Origin: Myxococcota bacterium | GTDB lineage: Bacteria > Myxococcota_A > UBA9160 > PR03 | DNA: 54,199 nt | Direction: 5' to 3' | Assembly: GCA_041611735.1 (NCBI GenBank) | Contig: JBFIML010000029.1 | Coordinates: forward strand, 1-54,199 | In this document: positions 35,103-45,330 of the stretch, piece by piece | How positions within the stretch are numbered: position 1 is the stretch's first letter | Layout of the letters: each line of letters begins with the position of its first letter | The notes under the pieces: model-generated | Databases searched by the model: none | Told to the model about the DNA's origin: nothing | The model's input: the letters and a program-made list of their open reading frames with translations, nothing else | Translations under genes and position numbers: made by a program

Positions 35103-36467
35103 ATGCCTTCCCCCGCGCCCCGAGCCGCCCACGTGGTCGCCGTGATCGGCGGCGCAACCGCTGGCGCCGAGATCGCCGGACGCCTCGCCGAGCGGGGCGC
35201 CCAGGTGGTGGTCTTCGAGCAGAACCTGCGGCCCTACGGGAAGATCGAGGACGGTCTCCCGCGCTGGCACGTGGCCCTGCGGCGCAAGGAGTACGAGACC
35301 ATCAACGCCAAGCTCGACCAACCCACGGTGCACTTCGTGCCGAGCACCGGGGTGGGCCACGACGTGGACTTCGCCGAGCTCGTGCGCGGCTGGGGCTTCC
35401 ACGCCGTCGTGTTGGCGTGCGGGGCCTGGCGCGACCGCCCGCTTGCCGTGGAGGGCGCCGACGCCTGGCTGGGTCGCGGCCTCGTCTATCAGAACCCCTT
35501 CATCATCTGGTTCAACCACGCCGAGGAGGCGGCCTACGCGGGTCCGCGCTTCGAGCCCGCCGACGGCGTCCTGGTGGTGGGCGGCGGGCTCGCCTCCATC
35601 GACGTGGTGAAGGTGCTCATGATCGAGACCGCGCGGGCCGCCCTGGCCGCACGCGGGATCGCGGTCCCCATGCTGGAGCTCGAGGTGAAGGGGATTCCGA
35701 AGCTGCTGGCCGCCCACGGGCTCCGCTGGGAGGACCTCGGCCTGGCGGGCTGCACGCTCTTCTACCGGCGCCGCGCCGAAGACATGCCGCTGGTCGAGAT
35801 GCCGCCGGACGTCTCCCTGGAGCGGCACGCCAAGGTGGAGGGAGCGCGGCGCAAGCTGCTGGAGAAGGCCATGGAGAAGTACCGCTTTCGCTTCGAGGCC
35901 CTGGCGGCGCCGGACGCCCTCCTGGTCGAAGGCGAGCGCCTGGTGGGGCTGCGCTTCCGCCGCACCCGGGTGGAAGGGGGCAAGGTGATCCCCATCGACG
36001 AGACCTTCGAGCGGCGCGGGCCCTGGGTGGTGAGCTCGATCGGCTCGATCCCCGCGCCCATCCCGGGCATCGAGATGAAGGGCGAGCTGTTCCGCTTCAC
36101 GGACTGGGAGTTCGGGCGACTGGAAGGCTACCCGACGGTCTTCTCCGCGGGCAACGTGGTCACCGGCAAGGGCAACATCGTGGCGTCGCGCAAGCACGCC
36201 ACCCGCGTGTCCGAGCACGTGATCGAGCGCTTCCTGGGCCTCGGCGCCGAGGGCCATGCGGGCGAGGAGGCCCTCCTGGAGGGGGAGCACGAGGCTGCGG
36301 CCCGCGTGGCGGCGGCGGTGACCGAGGCCACCCGCGCCGCCCCGCCGCATGCGCCGCCGGCGCTCGAGCGGGTGCTCTCCCGGGTGCGCGAGCGCCAACG
36401 TGCAGTCGGCTACGGCGGCAGCTACCGGGCCTGGCTCGAGCAGGTCACGCCGCCCGACCTGCAGTAG
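35103..36467 (+). CDS. FAD-dependent oxidoreductase (adrenodoxin reductase/FprA/GltD-like fold)
   Basis: VAVIGGATAG and VLVVGGGLAS Rossmann motifs, PYGKIEDGLP, FYRR, VFSAGNV. Confidence 0.75.
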   Translation: MPSPAPRAAHVVAVIGGATAGAEIAGRLAERGAQVVVFEQNLRPYGKIEDGLPRWHVALRRKEYETINAKLDQPTVHFVPSTGVGHDVDFAELVRGWGFHAVVLACGAWRDRPLAVEGADAWLGRGLVYQNPFIIWFNHAEEAAYAGPRFEPADGVLVVGGGLASIDVVKVLMIETARAALAARGIAVPMLELEVKGIPKLLAAHGLRWEDLGLAGCTLFYRRRAEDMPLVEMPPDVSLERHAKVEGARRKLLEKAMEKYRFRFEALAAPDALLVEGERLVGLRFRRTRVEGGKVIPIDETFERRGPWVVSSIGSIPAPIPGIEMKGELFRFTDWEFGRLEGYPTVFSAGNVVTGKGNIVASRKHATRVSEHVIERFLGLGAEGHAGEEALLEGEHEAAARVAAAVTEATRAAPPHAPPALERVLSRVRERQRAVGYGGSYRAWLEQVTPPDLQ

Positions 36468-36506
36468 CGGGGCGCCGGGCCCCGGCCCGGCTATCCTCTG
36501 GTTTCG

Positions 36507-37418
36507 ATGCGACGGCCGCGCATCTCCGTCCCGATCAGCGTCAGCTCCGTCCTGATCGCCCTCACCATCACCCTGACCATCGGCTGGCAGATCCTCGTGG
36601 CCCGGGAGTTCCGGGCGCTGGCCGAGGGGTTCACCGCGATCCACTGGGTGTTGGTGGTGATCGGCTCGCTCTTCTTCTGCGCCATCATCACCGCGAGCCT
36701 GCTCCTCACCGTCTGGCTCGTACGCGAGATCCGTACCAACCAACGCCAGCAGGCCTTCGTCGATGCGGTCACCCACGAACTCCAGACGCCGCTGGCCTCA
36801 CTGCGGCTCTCCCTCGAAACGCTGGAGAAGCCCGACCTCGCCGAGGCGGGCCGCCACGAGTTCCTCGGCATCATGCGCGACGAGGTGGCCCGTCTCGAGC
36901 TGCTGGTGGACCACGTGCTGCGCGCCGCCCGCACCGATCCCCAGCACCGCCCTCGCGCCGCCGTGGACCTGGTGCCGCTGCTACGGGCGTGCGCCGACGA
37001 GCTGACCGCGCGCCACGCGCTCGCGTCGGATCGCGTGCGGCTCCTGCTGCCGGAGCGCGCCTGGGTGCGAGGCGACGCCGAGCAGCTCCGGGTGGTGTTC
37101 CGCAACCTGCTCGAGAACGCCATCCGTCACGCCCGCAGCCAGGCCCCCGTGGAGGTGACGCTCTCCTCCGCGGGGGCCCGGGAGCTCGAGGTGAGCGTCC
37201 GGGACCACGGGGTCGGCATTCCGCGCGCGGCGCTGCGGCGCATCTTCCAGCCCTTCCACCAGGTTGGACCCGGGGGCGGGGCGCGCGGGAGTCTCGGGCT
37301 CGGGCTGTCCATCGTGCGCAACATCGTTCGGACCCACGGGGGCTCCGTGCGCGCGCGCAGCGAGGGGCCGGGACGCGGCAGCCGCTTCGTGGTGCGCCTG
37401 CCGGGGAGCGCGGCTTGA
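36507..37418 (+). CDS. Membrane sensor histidine kinase
   Basis: 2 TM with a very short loop; VTHELQTPL, NLLENA, DHGVGI, GLGLSIV. Confidence 0.92.
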   Translation: MRRPRISVPISVSSVLIALTITLTIGWQILVAREFRALAEGFTAIHWVLVVIGSLFFCAIITASLLLTVWLVREIRTNQRQQAFVDAVTHELQTPLASLRLSLETLEKPDLAEAGRHEFLGIMRDEVARLELLVDHVLRAARTDPQHRPRAAVDLVPLLRACADELTARHALASDRVRLLLPERAWVRGDAEQLRVVFRNLLENAIRHARSQAPVEVTLSSAGARELEVSVRDHGVGIPRAALRRIFQPFHQVGPGGGARGSLGLGLSIVRNIVRTHGGSVRARSEGPGRGSRFVVRLPGSAA

Positions 37419-38137
37419 AACCCTCGATCCTGGTGGTCGAGGACGAGCACAACATCGCGCGCGGCCTCGCTTTCAACCTGGGCAGCGAGGGCTACCACGT
37501 CGAGGTCCAGGAGAGCGGCGAGGACGGCCTCGCGCGACTGGCGGAGCGGAGCCGCCCCGTGGACCTGGTCGTGCTCGACGTCATGCTGCCCGGCATCTCG
37601 GGGCTGGACCTGCTTCGCCGGCTCCGGGAGGACGGGGACCGCACGCCCGTGCTGCTGCTCACGGCACGCGACTCGGAGCACGACATCGTCGAGGGCCTGG
37701 ACCACGGCGCCGACGACTACCTGACCAAGCCGTTCTCCCTGCCGGTGCTGCTGGCGCGGGTCCGCACCTTGCTGCGGCGCGCTCCGCGCCCCCGGGACGA
37801 GGCTCCTGCCGCGTCGTTCCGGATCGGCTCCGCCACCGTGCGCCCGGAGCGCTTCGAGCTCGAGCGGAGCGGCGAGACGGTCCCGCTCACGGCCAAGGAG
37901 CTGCGCCTGCTCCAGTTCCTGCACGAGCGCCGCGGCCGGGCCGTGAGCCGGGGCGAGATCCTGGAGGAGGTCTGGGAGCTGCACCCGGACACCCAGACGC
38001 GCGTGGTGGACACCTTCGTGCTGCGGCTCCGCAAGCTGATCGAGGACGACCCGGCCCGACCCGCGCGACTGGTCTCGGTGCGGGGCTACGGCTACCGCCT
38101 CCAGGAGGAGGCGGAAGCCCGCCCGACGCCCCTTTGA
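37415..38137 (+). CDS. OmpR/PhoB-family response regulator
   Basis: TTG start overlapping the kinase stop; ILVVEDE, LDVMLP, DYLTKPF, TRVVDTFVLRLRK, SVRGYGY. Confidence 0.92.
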   Translation: MKPSILVVEDEHNIARGLAFNLGSEGYHVEVQESGEDGLARLAERSRPVDLVVLDVMLPGISGLDLLRRLREDGDRTPVLLLTARDSEHDIVEGLDHGADDYLTKPFSLPVLLARVRTLLRRAPRPRDEAPAASFRIGSATVRPERFELERSGETVPLTAKELRLLQFLHERRGRAVSRGEILEEVWELHPDTQTRVVDTFVLRLRKLIEDDPARPARLVSVRGYGYRLQEEAEARPTPL

Positions 38138-38149
38138 CACAAGTTTGAC
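38133..38149 (+). promoter_or_regulatory. Direct repeat, candidate OmpR-type operator
   Basis: TTTGAC-N5-TTTGAC (11-bp period) between the regulator and the desaturase. Confidence 0.45.
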
Positions 38150-38187
38150 GGGGCGGGCCTTCAGCGCGGGCTAGGCTGCGCCGACAC

Positions 38188-39120
<933 letters not shown>

Positions 39121-39220
39121 ACCGGCGCCCGGGCACTCGCCGCACGGACCGCGGGCGCTTGTCTTCGCAAAGCCGTTGTGCGTACCTTCCGTCCGGAACC
39201 GCATCCCGGAGGAGGTCGAC

Positions 39221-40075
39221 GTGGCCGACGCACCGCAAGCCACCCTGCCGATCGATTCGATCTTCCACCCGTCGGACCTGACCGAGGCGAGTGAGCTCGC
39301 CTTCGCCCACGCGCTCCAGATCGCCCTCCGGTCCCAGGGCTCCCTGGCCATCTTCCACGCGCGGCCCGACCGGGAGTCCTCCCCCCGCTGGGAAGATTTC
39401 CCCCCGGTGCGGGGCACGCTGGAGCGCTGGAAGCTGCTTCCCGCCAAGAGCTCGCGAATGGATGTGGCGAAACTCGGTATTCGTGTGGAGAAGATCTCGG
39501 GCCACGGCCCGGACCCCCTCGCCTCGATCGTCACCTACCTGCAGGACCATCCGGCCCAGCTGCTGGTGCTCGCCACCCACGGCCGGGAGGGCCTGCCCCG
39601 CTGGCTGAAGCGGGCCGTGGCGGAGCCCGTAGCGCGCAAGGTGCATCTCATGACGCTCTTCGTGCCCCACGGCGTGCGAGGCTTCGTGGGCGTGGAGGAT
39701 GGCCGCGTCACGCTCGAACGGGTCCTGGTCCCGGTGGACCACGAGCCGCGCGCCCAGCCGGCCATCACCGTGGCTGCGGCCTTCGGCCGCGCCCTCGGAG
39801 GCGAAGATTCCCGCTTCGTGGTGCTCCACGTGGGCGAACCCGGCGACATGCCGACGATCCGCATCCCGGAGCCCCGGCGCGGAACCTGGCAGCGCATCAC
39901 CCGCAGCGGCCGCGCGCCCGACGAGATCCTACGCGTGTCGGACGAATTCGGCCCGGACCTGATCGTGATGACCACCCGAGGGCGAGAGGGCTTCCTGGAC
40001 GCCCTGCGCGGCACCACCACGGAGCAGGTGCTGCGTCACGCCCCCTGCCCGGTGCTCACCATCCCCGAGGCCTGA
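39221..40075 (+). CDS. Tandem-domain universal stress protein
   Basis: IFHPSD..LVLATHGR and VLVPVD..LIVMTTRG..PCPVLTI; GGAGGAGG RBS with GTG. Confidence 0.9.
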   Translation: MADAPQATLPIDSIFHPSDLTEASELAFAHALQIALRSQGSLAIFHARPDRESSPRWEDFPPVRGTLERWKLLPAKSSRMDVAKLGIRVEKISGHGPDPLASIVTYLQDHPAQLLVLATHGREGLPRWLKRAVAEPVARKVHLMTLFVPHGVRGFVGVEDGRVTLERVLVPVDHEPRAQPAITVAAAFGRALGGEDSRFVVLHVGEPGDMPTIRIPEPRRGTWQRITRSGRAPDEILRVSDEFGPDLIVMTTRGREGFLDALRGTTTEQVLRHAPCPVLTIPEA

Positions 40076-40084
40076 GGCTGGAGC

Positions 40085-41374
40085 TCAGCTCGCGTCGCGA
40101 GCCAGCCGGAAGCCGCTGAACTGCCAGCGGGCATCGGGATAGAAGAAGTTGCGGTAGGTGGCGCGGACGTGGGAGCGGGGCGTCGCGCAAGAGCCTCCCC
40201 GCAGCACCAGCTGATTGCACATGAACTTGCCGTTGTACTCGCCCAGCGCACCGAGCGGCGGCCGGTAGCCCGGATACGGCGCGTAGGAGCTGGCCGTCCA
40301 CTCCCACACGTCGCCGAACAGCTGGATCGGGCCGTCCCCGTCCGGCGCCGGTTCCGGGTGGAAGCGCCCGGCGTCCACGAAGCGTCCCGTCAGCGGCGCC
40401 TGCGCCGCCCAGGCCTCCCACTCCGCCTCACCGGGCAGGCGGGCGCCCGCCCAGCGCGCATAGGCGTCCGCCTCGTAGTAGCTCACGTGACAGACGGGCT
40501 CCGCCGAGCGTACCGCGCGCCGGCCGTTCAGCGTGTGCGTCTCCCACACGCCTTCGCGCTCCTCCCAGTAGAGGGGCGCTCCCCAGCCGTGGCGCTGGGC
40601 GGTGCTCCAGCCGTCCGAGAGCCAGAGCTCCGGGCGCCGATAGCCGCCGTCCTCCACGAAGGCCAGGAACTCGCCGTTGGTGACCGGACGCGAGGCGATG
40701 GCGAAGGGAAGCAGCCACGTGCGGTGGCGGGGACCCTCGTTGTCGAAGGCGAAGCCGGCCCCGGCGTGGCCGATCCAGACCTCGCCGCCCGAGTGACCGT
40801 GCCAGCGCAGAGGCGGCTCCGGGACCGGCGGCGGCGCGGGCGCCCGGCGGTAGGCCGGATGCAGCGGATTCTGGGCCAGGAGGTGCTTCACGTCGGTCAG
40901 GATCAGCTCCTGATGCTGCTGCTCGTGATGCAGGCCCAGCTCCACCACCGCAGCCGCCGCGTCGTCGAGAGCTCCCGGCTTCTCCAGCAGCTCACCCATG
41001 TGCCGGTCCACGTGGCGTCGGTAGTCCCGAACCTCGGCCAGGGCGGGCCGCGTCAGCAGGCCCCGTCGCGGACGCGGGTGCTGGACGCCCACGCTCTGGT
41101 AGTAGGAGTTGAACAGCACGCGGAATTCCGGTCGGAAGGGCCGATAACCGGAGAACTGGTCTTCCAGCACGAAGGTCTCGAAGAACCAGCTTGTGTGAGC
41201 CAGGTGCCACTTGACCGGGCTCGCGTCCTCCATGGACTGGACCACACAGTCCTCGGGCGAGAGCGGCTCGCACAGGCCCTCGCTGGCGGCCCGCACCCGC
41301 GCGTAACGCTCCGGGAGATCCGTCTCCTCGCGTGTGGGCGCCGGATGCCCGGCGTCGGCGGAATCGGTGGGCAT
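40085..41374 (-). CDS. egtB: Ergothioneine biosynthesis sulfoxide synthase (DinB_2 + FGE-sulfatase)
   Basis: SPVKWHLAHTSWFFETF, FNSYY, HEQQHQEL, FDNEGPRH, GEYNGKFM, YRNFF. Confidence 0.88.
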   Translation of the reverse strand: MPTDSADAGHPAPTREETDLPERYARVRAASEGLCEPLSPEDCVVQSMEDASPVKWHLAHTSWFFETFVLEDQFSGYRPFRPEFRVLFNSYYQSVGVQHPRPRRGLLTRPALAEVRDYRRHVDRHMGELLEKPGALDDAAAAVVELGLHHEQQHQELILTDVKHLLAQNPLHPAYRRAPAPPPVPEPPLRWHGHSGGEVWIGHAGAGFAFDNEGPRHRTWLLPFAIASRPVTNGEFLAFVEDGGYRRPELWLSDGWSTAQRHGWGAPLYWEEREGVWETHTLNGRRAVRSAEPVCHVSYYEADAYARWAGARLPGEAEWEAWAAQAPLTGRFVDAGRFHPEPAPDGDGPIQLFGDVWEWTASSYAPYPGYRPPLGALGEYNGKFMCNQLVLRGGSCATPRSHVRATYRNFFYPDARWQFSGFRLARDAS

Positions 41375-41474
41375 GCGGTGGTCCTCCCCGTCGGCCGCTG
41401 CCCGTCAGCATAGCCGCCAGGAACAGGATGAAAGGCTTGCGAGGAGCCGGGGGCCATGGTAGGTCAGGCCCATC

Positions 41475-41855
41475 GTGAGCTCGCCGCGCTCCGGCCCGCC
41501 TGCCTCGCCCTGCGGCCCCTGGGCACCCCTGGCACCGTTGGCGCTCTGGGCGCTGCTGGCGCTGCTCGTCGTGCCGAGCGTCCACCCCGGACCCACACTC
41601 CACGCGCCGGGCCCCGCTGCCGAGCCCGAGGCTCCCGGCCCACGCATGCAGGAGAACGCCGCGCCCCGGGCCGGCGAGCGCCTCTGCGACAGCTGCGCCC
41701 TGCGCCTCCAGGCGCGCAGCCTGGCGCGCAGCCAGGGCAGCGATCGCCCGGGCGAGCGCCCTGGTCTCGCTCCGCTGGACGTGCCCCGGGATCCGGAGCT
41801 GCACGCGGCGCCGGAGCCCCACCGGGCCGAGCCGCGCGCTCCTCCCCGGGTCTGA
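41475..41855 (+). CDS. DUF2946/CruR-like leader protein (TM, CxxC, C-terminal RAPP)
   Basis: Hydrophobic LALWALLALLVV, CDSC, ends PRAPPRV*; directly upstream of a metal-uptake operon. Confidence 0.62.
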   Translation: MSSPRSGPPASPCGPWAPLAPLALWALLALLVVPSVHPGPTLHAPGPAAEPEAPGPRMQENAAPRAGERLCDSCALRLQARSLARSQGSDRPGERPGLAPLDVPRDPELHAAPEPHRAEPRAPPRV

Positions 41856-41972
41856 GCCGGCCCCCGCAAGGCTCTCCAGTCTCTTTGCGAACCCTGCGAG
41901 CCCCGCGCCCCCGAACGCGCGCCGGGCCCGACCACCGGCCCGGCTTCCCGGCCGGGCGGAGGGGGGCTTCGA

Positions 41973-43517
41973 ATGCATGCGCATCCGCCCGAAGGCCGCC
42001 GGCACCTGACGGCACTCGCCCTGCTGGCGGTTCTCGCCCCGGCGGCTCCCGCGTACGCGGAATCCGAGGCAGTCGACGCCCTGCGCCGCCAGGTCGAGGC
42101 CCTCGCCGCCCAGAACACGGCCATGCAGCGCACCCTCGAGCGTCTGGCGAACGAGGTGCGCGACGCCCAGGATGCGGCTCGCGCCGCCCACGACGCTCTC
42201 GACGAGCAGCGAAGCGCGCCGCCGGCCGTGGCGGTCGGCGCCGCTCCGGCGCGCGACGCAGCGCTGCTCTCCTCCGGCGCCCCGGGCGCGGCACGGCTGC
42301 AGCTCCTGGACGTCTCCCTGGACGTCGTGGCCGCCGCGGGCGGGTCGAGCGCCGAGGATGAGCAGCTCGTGCTCCTCCAGGGCGGCGACCACGACCCCCG
42401 TCAGCGGGGCTTCACCCTCCAGAACGTGGAGCTCTCGCTGCTCGGCGCCGTGGATCCCTTCCTCACCGGTGAGGCCCACCTGATCTACTTCCTGGATCCG
42501 GAGGGCGAGTCGCGCTTCGAGCTGGAGGAGGCCTTCGTGACCAGCCAGAGCCTCCCCTTCGGCCTGGCCGAACACGGTCTGCAGCTGGAGGCCGGACACT
42601 TCTTCACGGAGTTCGGGCGGCTGAACCCGCGCCACCCCCACGCGTGGCACTGGCAGGACCAGCCCGTGATCCTGAGCCGCCTGTTCGGGGAGGACGGCCT
42701 GCGCGCCCCGGGCGTGCGGCTCGCCTGGCTCACCCCCCTGCCGTGGTTCTCGGAGCTGCACCTCGGCCTGCAGAACGCGAGCGGCGAGACCGCGGTGAGC
42801 TTCCTCGCCAACGACGAGGTGTTCGAGGAGCGGCCGGTCGGCGGGCGCCCCTTCACGGACCGCCGCGCGTCCAGCTTCGCCGACCTGCTCCAGCTCGTGC
42901 GTTGGGTGAACGCCTTGGATCTTTCCGACACCTGGAGCGGCCAGCTCGGCCTCTCCTTCCTGCACGGGCCGAACGCGACGGGCCCCGACGCGCGCTCCTT
43001 CGTGTACGGCGCCGACCTGGTGGTCAAGTGGCGGCCGCTCCGGGGCGACCGCGGCTGGCCCTTCGTCGTGTTCGAGTCGGAGCTCGTCCGTCGCAGCTAC
43101 CAGGCCGACGCCTGGCTCGGCTGCCCGGTGGAGGAGGGGACGGCGGGCTGTCCCGTGGCGGCGGCCTTGCTGCCCGAGGACGTGCTGCGCGACTGGGGCG
43201 GCTACGCCCAGCTCCTGTGGGGGTTCCGGCGCGGCTGGGCCGCGGGCCTGCGCTACGAGTACGCCACGGGCAGCGGCTCCGGCGTGTCCTTCGACGACGA
43301 CGCGGAGGCGTTCGTGTCCGTCTCCCGCGAAGAAGACCCCTTCCGGAGCGACCGTCACCGGATCGCGCCGCTGCTGGCGTTCCATCCTTCCGAGTACTCC
43401 CGGCTCCGGCTCCAGTACAACTACGATCGCGCCGACTTCCTGGAGAAGAACGACGCGCACTCGCTGTGGGCGGGGATCGAGTTCCTGTTCGGCTCGCACC
43501 CGGCCCACGGCTACTAG
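41973..43517 (+). CDS. Outer-membrane beta-barrel protein associated with metal ABC uptake
   Basis: Signal peptide, coiled coil, FTLQNVEL..AVDPF, LEEAF, FGRLNPRHPHAW, SRLRLQY, C-terminal FGSHPAHGY. Confidence 0.75.
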   Translation: MHAHPPEGRRHLTALALLAVLAPAAPAYAESEAVDALRRQVEALAAQNTAMQRTLERLANEVRDAQDAARAAHDALDEQRSAPPAVAVGAAPARDAALLSSGAPGAARLQLLDVSLDVVAAAGGSSAEDEQLVLLQGGDHDPRQRGFTLQNVELSLLGAVDPFLTGEAHLIYFLDPEGESRFELEEAFVTSQSLPFGLAEHGLQLEAGHFFTEFGRLNPRHPHAWHWQDQPVILSRLFGEDGLRAPGVRLAWLTPLPWFSELHLGLQNASGETAVSFLANDEVFEERPVGGRPFTDRRASSFADLLQLVRWVNALDLSDTWSGQLGLSFLHGPNATGPDARSFVYGADLVVKWRPLRGDRGWPFVVFESELVRRSYQADAWLGCPVEEGTAGCPVAAALLPEDVLRDWGGYAQLLWGFRRGWAAGLRYEYATGSGSGVSFDDDAEAFVSVSREEDPFRSDRHRIAPLLAFHPSEYSRLRLQYNYDRADFLEKNDAHSLWAGIEFLFGSHPAHGY

Positions 43518-43528
43518 GAGACGCCGCG

Positions 43529-44581
43529 GTGGGTGCCCTCCGTCTGGCGCTCGTCCCGGCGCTGATCAGCGCCCTCGCCGCGGCGCTCGCGCCCCCGTCC
43601 CACGCGGGCGGTCGCCTCGGGGTCGTGACCACACTCACCGACCTGGGCAGCCTGGCGCGCGAGATCGGCGGCGACCAGGTCTCGGTCACCGTCCTGGCGC
43701 AAGGACCCCAGGATCCCCACTTCATCGAGCCCCGCCCGAGCTTCATCCGCCTCCTGCACGACGCCGATCTGTTCGTGCAGGTGGGGATGGACCTCGAGAT
43801 CGGCTGGATTCCCACCCTGCTGCGCGGCGCACGCAACCCGCGCATCCAGCCCGGCGGCGCGGCCTTCCTGGACGCTTCCACCGCCATCGACCCCCTGGAG
43901 GTTCCCGCCGGCACGCTGGATCGCTCCGCGGGCGACGTGCACCCCTACGGAAACCCCCACTACCTGACGGACCCCTTGAACGGGTTGCGGGTGGCGCGGC
44001 GTCTGCGCGACGCGCTGGGCGCGCTGCGCCCCGAGGCGAAGCCGGGCCTCGACGCCCGCTATCGGGTCTTCGCGGCGCGCCTGGCCGAAGGGCTCGCGGG
44101 CGCGGCGCTGGCGGAGCGCCTGGAGCCGGAGCGGCTGGCGGAGCTGGTGGAGCGGGGGCGTCTGGATGCCTGGCTGCGCGAGCACGGCGAAGAGGACCGG
44201 CTCGGCGGCTGGCTCGCCGCCGCCCGCCCGCTCTCCGGGCAGCGCGCGGTGGAGGACCACCGCATGTGGGCCTACTTCGCGCGCCGCTTCGGGCTCGTCC
44301 TGGTGGCCACCCTGGAACCGCGGCCGGGCATCGCGCCGACCACCCGGCAGCTGGGCGAAGTCGTGGAGCGGGTCCGCGCGGACGGCGTCGCCTTGATCCT
44401 CTCCAGCCCCTACTTCGACACCCGCCACGCGCGCTGGGTCGCCGAGCGCACGGGGGCGCGCGTGGCACGCATGGCCCACCAGCCCGGCGCTCGCCCCGGC
44501 ACCGACGACTATCTGGCCACCGTGGCCTACAACGTCCGCGAGGTGCTGCGAGCCCTGGGCGAGCGGGGAGCCGGGGGGTGA
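43529..44581 (+). CDS. Cluster A-I (ZnuA/PsaA-like) metal ABC substrate-binding protein
   Basis: QDPHFIEP, GDVHPYGNPHYLTDP, EPRPGIAP; GTG after AGGAG. Confidence 0.88.
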   Translation: MGALRLALVPALISALAAALAPPSHAGGRLGVVTTLTDLGSLAREIGGDQVSVTVLAQGPQDPHFIEPRPSFIRLLHDADLFVQVGMDLEIGWIPTLLRGARNPRIQPGGAAFLDASTAIDPLEVPAGTLDRSAGDVHPYGNPHYLTDPLNGLRVARRLRDALGALRPEAKPGLDARYRVFAARLAEGLAGAALAERLEPERLAELVERGRLDAWLREHGEEDRLGGWLAAARPLSGQRAVEDHRMWAYFARRFGLVLVATLEPRPGIAPTTRQLGEVVERVRADGVALILSSPYFDTRHARWVAERTGARVARMAHQPGARPGTDDYLATVAYNVREVLRALGERGAGG

Positions 44582-45330
44582 CGCCGCGCCCGGTCCTGCG
44601 AGCCCGCGGTCTGGCGCTGGGCTACGGCGCCCGCAGCGTGATCGTCGGCGTCGACCTCGAGGTGCGTCCCGGGGAATCCTGGTTCCTGATCGGGCCGAAC
44701 GGATCCGGCAAGACGACGCTCCTGAAGGGCCTGCTGGGCCTGCTGGCTCCGCGGGCGGGCGCTCTGGAGCGCGATCCCGAGGCGGCGGCGCGGGCGCGGC
44801 TCGGCTTCGTTCCCCAGCGCTGCGAGCTGAACCCCACCCTGCCCACCACGGTCCGCGAGTTCGTCTCGCTCGGCTTCGTGGGCTCGGGCGTCGGGCGCAC
44901 GGAGCGCCCCGCCCGTCTGGCCCAGGCGCTGGCCCAGGCGGGCCTGGGTGGCCTGGGCAGGCACGACTACTGGTCGCTCTCCGGCGGACAACGCCAGCGG
45001 GCGCTGGTGGCCCGGGCGCTGGTGCGGCGACCCCGCCTGCTCCTGCTGGACGAGCCCAGCGAGGGCCTCGACATCGCCTCCGAGGAGGCCTTCCTCGCCA
45101 CCCTGGTGGACCTGCAAGGGCGCGAGGGGCTGACGCTGCTGTTCGTGACCCACAAGCTGGCCCTGGCGGTCCGCTACGCCAGCCACGTGGCGCTGTTCGA
45201 GGGCGGCCGCGTGCTGGCGGGCCCCCGGGAGCGGGTGCTGCGACCCGCGGAGGTGGAGCGCGTCTTCGGCGTCCCCATCGACCTGGGTGCGGCCGCCGGC
45301 CCCGCCCTGGGCGGGAAGGAGAGCTCCTGA
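44578..45330 (+). CDS. Metal ABC transporter ATPase (ZnuC-like)
   Basis: GPNGSGKT, GFVPQ, LSGGQRQR, LLLDEP, VTH. Confidence 0.9.
   Translation: MTPRPVLRARGLALGYGARSVIVGVDLEVRPGESWFLIGPNGSGKTTLLKGLLGLLAPRAGALERDPEAAARARLGFVPQRCELNPTLPTTVREFVSLGFVGSGVGRTERPARLAQALAQAGLGGLGRHDYWSLSGGQRQRALVARALVRRPRLLLLDEPSEGLDIASEEAFLATLVDLQGREGLTLLFVTHKLALAVRYASHVALFEGGRVLAGPRERVLRPAEVERVFGVPIDLGAAAGPALGGKESS

Noticed and set aside
30295-35157. 1620-aa ORF suggesting a PFOR-DHODH fusion
   Set aside because: Only the last 335 aa are protein-like; the rest is an alternative frame of PFOR. The genes are coupled by a GTGA overlap.
34922-38137. 1071-aa ORF ending in a response regulator (likewise 42644-44581 ending in the SBP)
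   Set aside because: Only the C-terminal parts are real genes (starts 37415 and 43529); the rest overlaps other CDSs out of frame.
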